IMG/VR virus record: IMGVR_UViG_3300025174_000005
Reading direction: 5' to 3' (one strand)
From: a virus
Length of the DNA: 64,000 bases
The translations under genes were made by a program, and so were the position numbers. Shown here piece after piece: positions 18,691-26,508 of the stretch (its first letter is position 1; each line of letters begins with the position of its first letter). Under the pieces are notes generated by a model. That model was not told where the DNA came from. It saw nothing but the letters and a program-made list of their open reading frames with translations, and did no database searches.

Positions 18691-18710
18691 GTAGCATGTA
18701 GTTTAGTTGA

Positions 18711-18938
18711 ATGGAGGCAATTATGAAAGAAATCGATTACTATATAAGAAAACGGATTTTGCAGTATACTTTAAATTTTATTGATGTAAACCGTAGTGCA
18801 CTCTCAGATGATGGCGATACAACATATAATCCAGAATATAAAGAATGGAATCAATTAAAAGATTGTATTGAACGGAAACTAAAAGCTGCTAGAATTAATA
18901 TAGAAAATTTAAGTAAGAAAGCCCTTGAGAATGAATAA
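18711..18938 (+). CDS. Hypothetical protein
   Basis: Probable start MKEI after a GGAGG RBS. Confidence 0.55.
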   Translation: MEAIMKEIDYYIRKRILQYTLNFIDVNRSALSDDGDTTYNPEYKEWNQLKDCIERKLKAARINIENLSKKALENE

Positions 18939-19344
18939 GTTTAAAGTTGGTGAAGAAGGACAAAAGAATATAAATAAACAATTACTGTTTTCAATTACAA
19001 TAGATGATTTTGAAATACAAACTTTTAAAGCAGGCGGCAAGGGGGGACAACACCAAAACAAAACAGAGAGTGCTGTTAGATTAATCCACCACCCCTCAGG
19101 AGCTGTAGCTGAAAGCAGAGAACATAAAAATCAGTTACAGAATAAAAAAGAAGCGTTTAAAAGGGTAGTTGAAACAGTAAAATTTAAAATATGGCATAAA
19201 ATTGAAATATCTAAAAGACTAGGTAAATACGTAGATATAGAAAAGATAGTTGAAGATCAAATACAACCAGATTCTCTGGTTATTGAATCTAGAATGAACG
19301 GCAAGTGGATTCCTTATAAGGAATCATTACAAGAAGAGAGATAA
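18925..19344 (+). CDS. Stand-alone peptidyl-tRNA hydrolase (RF-1 GGQ) domain protein, ArfB/PrfH-like
   Basis: FKAGGKGGQHQNKTESAVRLIHHPSG...SREHKNQLQNKKEA; no codon-recognition domain. Confidence 0.9.
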   Translation: MRMNKFKVGEEGQKNINKQLLFSITIDDFEIQTFKAGGKGGQHQNKTESAVRLIHHPSGAVAESREHKNQLQNKKEAFKRVVETVKFKIWHKIEISKRLGKYVDIEKIVEDQIQPDSLVIESRMNGKWIPYKESLQEER

Positions 19345-19809
19345 ATGAATAATTATATCCATAATAACTACATGAGACTAACAGAGGGCATCAACAAAGA
19401 AACCCTAGAGAACTGGAAGCAAGATGTTACACAAGCCGAAATATTGTCCTTCGAGATATCACGACCTGGTATAGGTATGTATGGAACATTAGACCCTGGT
19501 GAGATTGCAGAATTGAAAATCTACCGATCTCTATGGGATTTTTATTTATGGTACTCATGTCCAGAAAGCTATGTGTTATGTGGACAAAGACGTAGTAGTT
19601 ATGGAACTTATTTTCCTATTGAATTTTTGGATAGATTACTATACATCCACGGTCTTGCATATTATACTTGGGACACCCTCTGTGAGAGCCTGGGTCAATT
19701 AACCAGTGGAATACCGTGTTATATTTATACTTACAAAGCCATATTGGGTAATTATATAAGAGCGGCAAGATATAGCGCTTCCCTACGTAAATGGCTGGCG
19801 AATTTGTAA
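19345..19809 (+). CDS. Hypothetical protein
   Basis: 154-aa ORF abutting the GGQ gene. Confidence 0.6.
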   Translation: MNNYIHNNYMRLTEGINKETLENWKQDVTQAEILSFEISRPGIGMYGTLDPGEIAELKIYRSLWDFYLWYSCPESYVLCGQRRSSYGTYFPIEFLDRLLYIHGLAYYTWDTLCESLGQLTSGIPCYIYTYKAILGNYIRAARYSASLRKWLANL

Positions 19810-19869
19810 TTTACAAGATAAAGATATTAGTTTCGATTAAAAATTATAAAAACTAATGGAGGTGGGTAA

Positions 19870-20559
19870 ATGACTGATATATCAAATTGGAGAGCATTAA
19901 TTCATAAACAAACTACATCAGAAAAAGATTTTAGTGGATCATCTGAATTTATAATGATTCCTGTTAATGAATATCAGATAGGCAATCTATTAGGATTATT
20001 AAAAAGAAGTAAAGAACATTATAATGGAGATTGGTTTTTTGAAATAATAAGCGTTTTGGTAACCGCATTGCATGATATGGGGATAAATTATCCACCTTAT
20101 ATTTATAATAATTTTGGGGATATATGGACAATAGAAGATTTATGTAATGATAACTTTTGGGAAGATAAGAAAAAAGAATTTGAAGCAGACATTGATACTC
20201 CTAAAACCATAGAAGAACTTGCGAATGATAGAAGGGAATTTCTAGATAAACATTTAAAGGAACAAAGCAATGAGAAATCTAAATATATAATAAGATCAAA
20301 AGAAGTTGATGTGTTCCATTGGACAAGCAGGGAAGAAGAATACCCTGAGTGGATTTGCGAAGCAATCAAATTTGGTGATATTCTAATAGAACAAAAAGGG
20401 CATTTGGGTATGAGATTGTCTTTGGGTGCAGGAGAGTGCGTCTTCCTAGGAGATTACATTATTTTGGATCGTGATACTGGTAAAATAACTAAATGTAGAG
20501 AAGATTTCTTTAAACTTTGTTATGAGCCTTTTAAGTCGAATGGGGTTTTAAATGAATAA
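19870..20559 (+). CDS. Hypothetical phage protein, apparently two-domain
   Basis: C-terminal GDYIILD..GKITKCREDFFKLCYE resembles a common phage motif. Confidence 0.6.
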   Translation: MTDISNWRALIHKQTTSEKDFSGSSEFIMIPVNEYQIGNLLGLLKRSKEHYNGDWFFEIISVLVTALHDMGINYPPYIYNNFGDIWTIEDLCNDNFWEDKKKEFEADIDTPKTIEELANDRREFLDKHLKEQSNEKSKYIIRSKEVDVFHWTSREEEYPEWICEAIKFGDILIEQKGHLGMRLSLGAGECVFLGDYIILDRDTGKITKCREDFFKLCYEPFKSNGVLNE

Positions 20560-20842
20560 ATTATACAAAATACCAGTAAGCGATATACACTATGATTGTA
20601 ATATGATCGTATTGGCAGGATCTAAAGAAGAAGCTCTACAGAAAGCGTATGAGTATCAATTAAAACAAAGTAGGGCTTGTGTAGAAATTCTTTCCTCCAT
20701 TGCTGTTTATGAAACAGAAACAGAAAAAGACGTATGGATACAAGAACACATACAAGAGCATTTAGATAATCTAGAAGTAAATAAGATACAAGAATTGACA
20801 GAAGATATTTATCTCAGTAAAGAAGAGAGAGCGTTAAAATAA
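20552..20842 (+). CDS. Hypothetical protein
   Basis: Coupled 96-aa ORF. Confidence 0.6.
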   Translation: MNKLYKIPVSDIHYDCNMIVLAGSKEEALQKAYEYQLKQSRACVEILSSIAVYETETEKDVWIQEHIQEHLDNLEVNKIQELTEDIYLSKEERALK

Positions 20843-20864
20843 GTATATTACCAAAGGAGATGTA

Positions 20865-21743
20865 ATGACGATAAATTTAATCAACCCTAAGGAATACAAT
20901 TATGTTGTAACTAAACTACGGCAATTCTTTCAGGCTAAAGGTTTTATAGAAACACCAGTACAACACAGACTAAGCATCCTAGCAGCATGTGAAGATCCAT
21001 CTACGATAGCTACATTTAACTACGCAGGAGAACTATGGCCTCTTCCACAAACAGGTCAGATGTGGCTAGAATATGAGTTACTCAAGAACCCAAGTGAAAC
21101 GGGATTCTATTGCATAAGTACAAGCTATCGCAATGAAGCTAATCCCATACCAGGTAGACATGATTTGGTTTTCCCCATGTTTGAATTCGAAACACATGGT
21201 GATATAAATAATCTGGTAAATCTGGAATTAGAGTTATTGGAACATTTAGGTTTCGGAGATCAACAAGAGTATTGCTCGGCCATATATGACTACTCGCAAC
21301 TTGCAGAAACATTTAAGACTAAAATATTAACAGCAGAACATGAGGAATTGTTATATAAAGAACGTCATATACCAATTGCTTTCTTAACATTGTTTCCACA
21401 GTATACTTCACCATTTTGGAATATGTGTGTAGTAGATAAAATTAGAAGAGATAAAGCAGCTAAGGTTGATGTTATTTTATATGGTATGGAAACGATAGGT
21501 TCTGCCGAGAGATCTTCTGATCCAGAAGAAATGAATTATCTTTTTCATACGATAAGCGACGGTATGTATGCTAAGATATTGTATTCTCAATTTGGTAAGG
21601 AGCGGGTAGAAAAAGAATTAAAAGAATTTTTGTCATCATCTTTCTTTACTAGATGTGGTGGTGGTATAGGACTAACCAGACTAATAAGAGCCATGAGGAT
21701 GGCTGGATTATTAGAAGAAACTTCGTGCATCATTAAGAGTTGA
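20865..21743 (+). CDS. Class II aminoacyl-tRNA synthetase paralogue (Asn/Asp type, catalytic domain only)
   Basis: Motif 1 LRQFFQAKGFIE, motif 2 STSYRNE...GRHDLVFPMFEFE, METIGSAER, motif 3 GGGIGLTRL; no N-terminal anticodon-binding OB domain. Confidence 0.85.
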   Translation: MTINLINPKEYNYVVTKLRQFFQAKGFIETPVQHRLSILAACEDPSTIATFNYAGELWPLPQTGQMWLEYELLKNPSETGFYCISTSYRNEANPIPGRHDLVFPMFEFETHGDINNLVNLELELLEHLGFGDQQEYCSAIYDYSQLAETFKTKILTAEHEELLYKERHIPIAFLTLFPQYTSPFWNMCVVDKIRRDKAAKVDVILYGMETIGSAERSSDPEEMNYLFHTISDGMYAKILYSQFGKERVEKELKEFLSSSFFTRCGGGIGLTRLIRAMRMAGLLEETSCIIKS

Positions 21744-21783
21744 TCTAGAAAGGATCCATATATAAAAATATGGGGTATAAATC

Positions 21784-21924
21784 ATGCAAGATAAAGATGC
21801 AACCACGAAAGACAATAATAGGCAAAAGAAGTATAATGCTTGTACTGAACCTTGTGATGTAGAAATAGGGCCATGTTGTTGTGGAGCATGGCATATCTTA
21901 GATACAGGAGACAATAATGAGTAA
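21784..21924 (+). CDS. 46-aa Cys-rich microprotein (below the track cutoff)
   Basis: Hand translation: MQDKDATTKDNNRQKKYNACTEPCDVEIGPCCCGAWHILDTGDNNE*. Confidence 0.55.
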   Translation: MQDKDATTKDNNRQKKYNACTEPCDVEIGPCCCGAWHILDTGDNNE

Positions 21925-21969
21925 GACAAGACCTAGACAAGAACCAATTGCAGAGCTTAAAGAATTATT
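21906..21969 (+). repeat. 64-bp direct repeat, copy 1
   Basis: aggagacaataatgagtaagacaagacctagacaagaaccaattgcagagcttaaagaattatt, identical to 22609-22672. Confidence 0.95.
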
Positions 21970-22366
21970 GCAATCAAAAGAATACAAAGCCAGTAAGAAC
22001 TGGCACGCAGAAAAAGAAAATTATATCAATAATGTTAACGAGTTATTGGCTAAAATTAAACAATGGCTCAAGGAAGAAGTAAGTAAGGGATTAATAATTA
22101 TAGAAAACAAGACAATATTAGTAAATGAGTTAGGTGAGTATGCAATACAATGCCTATGTTTAAGAACAAGCAATACCTTTATTACTATTCGACCTATAGG
22201 TTGCGTGGTATCAGGTGTAGATGGAGCAATCAACATAGAAATTCCTTGGATGACCAGAACAGTTTGTTGCATGAACAATCGGTGGAATTACATGACCGAA
22301 GGAGGATTTGTTAATTTAACAAAAAATACCTTTAAAGAAATGCTTCAAGAATCCTTAACAGACTAA
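21917..22366 (+). CDS. Hypothetical protein
   Basis: 149-aa ORF starting inside repeat copy 1. Confidence 0.7.
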   Translation: MSKTRPRQEPIAELKELLQSKEYKASKNWHAEKENYINNVNELLAKIKQWLKEEVSKGLIIIENKTILVNELGEYAIQCLCLRTSNTFITIRPIGCVVSGVDGAINIEIPWMTRTVCCMNNRWNYMTEGGFVNLTKNTFKEMLQESLTD

Positions 22367-22387
22367 CAATATAACGGGGGAAATTAG

Positions 22388-22609
22388 ATGGAAATAGAAC
22401 AAGCATGGACTGTATATTACCCATTTAGAGAACGCTTAATAGAAGTTAAGTATAACAATGAAAAACAATTTAATAAAGATATGGATGACTGGCTTAGTAA
22501 CATGGTCACAGACACACGTAAGCTATCTATAGATGAATTAAATAATAAGGATAAGTTAAAGATAGAATGGTTTAATGAAAGGGATATCAATTATATCAAG
22601 AGAATATAA
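22388..22609 (+). CDS. Hypothetical protein
   Basis: 73-aa ORF between the two repeat copies. Confidence 0.6.
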   Translation: MEIEQAWTVYYPFRERLIEVKYNNEKQFNKDMDDWLSNMVTDTRKLSIDELNNKDKLKIEWFNERDINYIKRI

Positions 22610-22672
22610 GGAGACAATAATGAGTAAGACAAGACCTAGACAAGAACCAATTGCAGAGCTTAAAGAATTATT
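22609..22672 (+). repeat. 64-bp direct repeat, copy 2 (encodes a 23-aa stub at 22620-22691)
   Basis: Identical to 21906-21969; stub reads MSKTRPRQEPIAELKELLTDLCI*. Confidence 0.95.
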
Positions 22673-22681
22673 AACAGACTT

Positions 22682-22984
22682 ATGCATTTGAATAAAGCAA
22701 CCAAAAAAATAACCAAGATATTACCAGCTCACTATCCCTATCTTTTACATAAGATACAACTAGATACCTCAAGCACCACTAGGTTAGTAGATGAGATACT
22801 CTTTGGCTTACATCTAGATGGTAAGGACCTCATACTTAACACAGGACATACTATAAGTAATTCTACTATTACCATATTAAATCTTAAGGCAGTAATAGCT
22901 TCAGGTAAATTTGATTTAAAACAAGAGGCTGCGATACCCCTAGATATAGTAAGGGCATTACTAGGTATGGAAGGAGGTGAGTAA
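22682..22984 (+). CDS. Small ORFan, RxLLG-tail family member E
   Basis: N-terminus MHLNKATKKIT resembles member B; ends IPLDIVRALLGMEGGE*. Confidence 0.65.
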   Translation: MHLNKATKKITKILPAHYPYLLHKIQLDTSSTTRLVDEILFGLHLDGKDLILNTGHTISNSTITILNLKAVIASGKFDLKQEAAIPLDIVRALLGMEGGE

Positions 22985-23495
22985 TATGTATGAGAATTTG
23001 ATATGCAATAAATGTGGTCAAGAAATAGATGAGGACGCGTGTGTGATCTGCTTAAAGCAACTAGCCCTAGAAGTGAGTGAATATTTTGAATTAAAACAAA
23101 GACATAACACAGATAAGTATATAGTATGTTGTAAAGATGGTACGCCATCGTGGGTTAGAGAAATGGTACACGAAGCGCATAGCGATATGTTCCCTGATGA
23201 TTACAAATATAAATTTATACATAATGCTATCAATGACATAGCTGAAAACGGGCTAGATGAACCCCATATAGAAGCAGATCCATATACCCATAACTTAATG
23301 AAATGGGCTAGTTCACATGGTAGTAGAATAGATTACTGTAATGAAGCTATCCAAGATGGCTCTGCAGATAGAATAGAACATGCTTGCATGTGTGGACAAG
23401 AACAAGAAAAGAGAGAAGTATATGATTTGGTTTTGGATTATCTTAAGAATAAGCTACGTCAACTTGACGTAATTGATATTTCAAGTAATATATAA
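22977..23495 (+). CDS. Acidic helical protein, possibly an Ocr-like DNA mimic
   Basis: EADPYTHNLMKW...YCNEAIQDG...GQEQE loosely resembles Ocr-like proteins. Confidence 0.35.
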   Translation: MSNMYENLICNKCGQEIDEDACVICLKQLALEVSEYFELKQRHNTDKYIVCCKDGTPSWVREMVHEAHSDMFPDDYKYKFIHNAINDIAENGLDEPHIEADPYTHNLMKWASSHGSRIDYCNEAIQDGSADRIEHACMCGQEQEKREVYDLVLDYLKNKLRQLDVIDISSNI

Positions 23496-23513
23496 TTAGG
23501 AGGATGATAAAAT

Positions 23514-23978
23514 ATGTCACATGTTAAAAATTCAGAGATTTTCATAGAAGGATTTGTTGGTAGAAGCTATGAAGTAAGTCCCAATAATAGTGAGGTTGGT
23601 ACATTTTCGGTAGCCGTATCAAATGGCAAAGACCAAGAACCAGATTGGTATGCTGTACAAGTATGGTCAGAATACTTACGCGATCTTGCACAAAGTATAA
23701 CAAAGGGAGATCGTGTATTGGTCAGAGGCACACCTTCAATACGTAAGTACACAAATAGATCTGGAGCACAGAGTACTGTTGTTCTTATCAATGCTGCGTC
23801 TATAGGAGTAGTACCCAAACAGAACAATCAAGCAGTTCCTCGCAAAAATACCAATAATATATCTAACGCTATTAAGTCTGCACCTAAGAAAGCGCCAATA
23901 ATAGAAGTTGAAACAGGAGAAGAAACAACAGAGATAGATTTATCTATCTATGATGACATGCCGTTAATAGCAGACTAA
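23514..23978 (+). CDS. ssb: Single-stranded DNA-binding protein
   Basis: OB fold (FSVAV, W..VQVW, KGDRVLVRG) and acidic tail ending DDMPLIAD. Confidence 0.85.
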   Translation: MSHVKNSEIFIEGFVGRSYEVSPNNSEVGTFSVAVSNGKDQEPDWYAVQVWSEYLRDLAQSITKGDRVLVRGTPSIRKYTNRSGAQSTVVLINAASIGVVPKQNNQAVPRKNTNNISNAIKSAPKKAPIIEVETGEETTEIDLSIYDDMPLIAD

Positions 23979-24000
23979 ACAGAACCACAGAGGTGATAGC

Positions 24001-25092
24001 ATGAAAGAAGAAACAGAACTTAGTCTAGAAGAGCGATTAAAATTAGCCAGTAAAGTAACAGATCACATTAATAAACAGCATGGCGAATATACAGCTATAA
24101 TTCCATCATCAGCACCAAAGGAGTTATTCGCTCCAAACTCCTTTTCAACAGGAATAATATCGATGGATATGGCTACGTTAGTAGGGGGTATACCTCGTGG
24201 TACTATAGCCGAGTTCTTTGGCCCACCAAGTGGATGTAAATCGTTAGTACTTTATAAGACTATAGCTGAAGCACAAAAGAGGGGAGGTATAGTGATCCTA
24301 GAGGATGCTGAGCGATCATATACTCCTGAATGGGGAGTTATACATGGTATCAACAATGATCAATTAATCCTATTGCGCTCTCGTACAGCTCAGGAATCAG
24401 CAGATAATGTATGTGCTTATCTGCGTAGTGCACGTATTGATTTAGTTGGGTATGATTCGGTTAGTGCATTATTACCTAAGAAAATAGATGAGAATAGTGC
24501 TGATACTAATATAACAGGAGCACTAGCCCTGGCCATGAGTATACTTTTAAATAAACTATCCATTGATATGTACAACAATAAGATGAATCCCACGTCAATT
24601 ATATTTATTAATCAGATACGAGAGCAGATGGGTGGTATGATGGGTAGGTTTGGGGCTGTCCAATATAAAACTACGGGCGGTAGAGCATTACCTCACTACG
24701 CTAAGCTACGTGTAGAGTTTCGTCCTGGCGAACCTATTAAAAAGGGCAATCAACAAATAGGATATATTGTAAAGGGATTAATTAAGAAGTCTAAAGTAAG
24801 CCCTGCTCGTGGCAATAAGTTTGAATTTAGATTCTTAAATGGTACGGGTATAGACCTAATCAATGAATTAATAGAAACAGCTAAGATATATAACATCCTT
24901 ACAATGAAGGGTGGAGGTATGTTTTATTTACCTAATAACACTAAACCTATAGCTCGCGGTAGAGATGCTTTATATGAATTACTAGAAACAAATTTAGATA
25001 TGCGCAATAAGATAGATGATTTAATACGTCAACTAACAGGAACAGTAGGCGAAGAAATCAATAAGGACGAAAAAGAGGAAAACGAATACTGA
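24001..25092 (+). CDS. recA: RecA/UvsX-type recombinase
   Basis: GGIPRGTIAEFFGPPSGCKS (variant Walker A), DAERS, YDSVSALLP, IFINQIRE, TTGGRALPHYA. Confidence 0.92.
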   Translation: MKEETELSLEERLKLASKVTDHINKQHGEYTAIIPSSAPKELFAPNSFSTGIISMDMATLVGGIPRGTIAEFFGPPSGCKSLVLYKTIAEAQKRGGIVILEDAERSYTPEWGVIHGINNDQLILLRSRTAQESADNVCAYLRSARIDLVGYDSVSALLPKKIDENSADTNITGALALAMSILLNKLSIDMYNNKMNPTSIIFINQIREQMGGMMGRFGAVQYKTTGGRALPHYAKLRVEFRPGEPIKKGNQQIGYIVKGLIKKSKVSPARGNKFEFRFLNGTGIDLINELIETAKIYNILTMKGGGMFYLPNNTKPIARGRDALYELLETNLDMRNKIDDLIRQLTGTVGEEINKDEKEENEY

Positions 25093-25115
25093 TATAAAGG
25101 GGTTGAAATAATTAG

Positions 25116-26096
25116 ATGGCTGTACCAAATTTTAAGGCCCTTAGGAGGTTCTTTCATAAAATACTCCCTAATTATGTAGGTAGCGACAGAGCAACACAGG
25201 ATGTATGCGATCATATATCTTATGAAGTATTTAAGTTCCTACGCGGAGAAAACAAACAAGAACCCAAGGAAGAGGTTGTGCAGGTTCCTGCACAACCTCT
25301 GGTTATTGAGAACAACAACGAACAGGAAGAATTTAATGAACGCGCTCTAGCATGTAAGCGCTGTACTTTTGAATGCATTAATAGAGGACCAGTTCCTCCT
25401 CATGGTAAATGGGTAAGTCCACTTATGATAATAGGTGAGGCTCCTGCGATGGCAGAAGACTTCAAGGGTATACCACTAGTTGGCAAACGCGAGTTTAAAG
25501 CTAAATCACCAAGACAAGAAGATTGCATGTCTTGTGTTAATGTTAAGGGATGTTATGGTTGGTTCTTAGGCGAAGCAGATAGTCATATAACCAAGTCGTG
25601 TATGGGTTATGGACATGATTCTTCCCAAAATATTCGTGGTCAGACAATAGACCTATTTAAAACCTCAGGCAATCTCTTAGATGAGTGCTTAAAGAAAGCT
25701 AATATAGATCGCACCAAGATACTAGTAACCAATACGGTGATGTGTAGACCATCGGAGAACAACGACCCACCTACTAATATGCAAATAGTTAACTGTGCTC
25801 CATTTCTTATGGAGCTTATTAAACTGAACAAACCTGAGGTAATCATAGCTATGGGTAATACAATATTAAGATTGTTAAAACCCAAGAATACTGGTATATT
25901 AACTGAGGCAGGTAAACCATTTAGATGGCAAGAAATAGTAGTGGTTCCTACTTATCATCCATCATATGTTATGAGACAAAAACAACAAAGTACGCTCGGT
26001 GAGTTCATTAATCATCTAGTATTAGCTAAAGAAAATCTATCACTTGCTGCTCAGGAAACTATAGTTCTAAATCAAAACGCTCAGAAAACAAAGTAA
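25116..26096 (+). CDS. udg: Uracil-DNA glycosylase family 4 (Fe-S) with an N-terminal extension and a Cys-rich insertion
   Basis: CKRC, LMIIGEAP, TNTVMCRP, NCAPFL, IIAMGN, PTYHPSY. Confidence 0.85.
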   Translation: MAVPNFKALRRFFHKILPNYVGSDRATQDVCDHISYEVFKFLRGENKQEPKEEVVQVPAQPLVIENNNEQEEFNERALACKRCTFECINRGPVPPHGKWVSPLMIIGEAPAMAEDFKGIPLVGKREFKAKSPRQEDCMSCVNVKGCYGWFLGEADSHITKSCMGYGHDSSQNIRGQTIDLFKTSGNLLDECLKKANIDRTKILVTNTVMCRPSENNDPPTNMQIVNCAPFLMELIKLNKPEVIIAMGNTILRLLKPKNTGILTEAGKPFRWQEIVVVPTYHPSYVMRQKQQSTLGEFINHLVLAKENLSLAAQETIVLNQNAQKTK

Positions 26097-26098
26097 CC

Positions 26099-26341
26099 AT
26101 GGCTAAGAAGAAGGAAATAGGGTTGGCTGACGTTGTATACTATCTTCGTGTAAGTAATGTTACTATACGCCGTTTAGAGCGTTCTGGTGCTATCCCTAAA
26201 GCTAGACGTAAGGGTAAAAACCGAGTATATAACGAGGAAGAATTCTTTCAGCTATACTATTACTTTTATAAGAGGCTTATAGATGAATGTAAGGATGGAT
26301 GTAAAAAGGATAATGAGCTGCCATCTAATGGCGTCACATAA
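26099..26341 (+). CDS. MerR-like HTH DNA-binding protein
   Basis: VSNVTIRRLERSGAIPKARRKGKNRVY. Confidence 0.75.
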   Translation: MAKKKEIGLADVVYYLRVSNVTIRRLERSGAIPKARRKGKNRVYNEEEFFQLYYYFYKRLIDECKDGCKKDNELPSNGVT

Positions 26342-26370
26342 CTCTATTATATATATAGGGGTGATATGAT

Positions 26371-26430
26371 ATGTCAGTTTGTAGAAAGTGTGGTAATGTA
26401 CACCATCCACTTAAAAAATGTAGTGGCTAG
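26371..26430 (+). CDS. 19-aa candidate zinc-knuckle micropeptide
   Basis: MSVCRKCGNVHHPLKKCSG*, GGGGTG RBS 7 nt upstream, terminator downstream. Confidence 0.4.
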   Translation: MSVCRKCGNVHHPLKKCSG

Positions 26431-26468
26431 TCAACAAAACAATTAGATACAACATATTTACATAGGAG

Positions 26469-26494
26469 GAACTACCTTTTGGTAGTTCTTTTTT
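26469..26494 (+). terminator. Intrinsic terminator
   Basis: gaactacc-tttt-ggtagttc followed by tttttt. Confidence 0.8.
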
Positions 26495-26508
26495 TATTAG
26501 GAGGCTAA

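Noticed and set aside
5794-22984. The RxLLG motif as a DNA-level recombination site (attC-like cassette array)
   Set aside because: Matches vary mainly at synonymous positions, are always in frame, lack inverted-repeat structure, and no integrase is present.
24226-24250. Non-canonical RecA Walker A (GPPSGCKS) as a sign of an inactive enzyme
   Set aside because: Phage UvsX-type recombinases also deviate at this position and the other motifs are intact.
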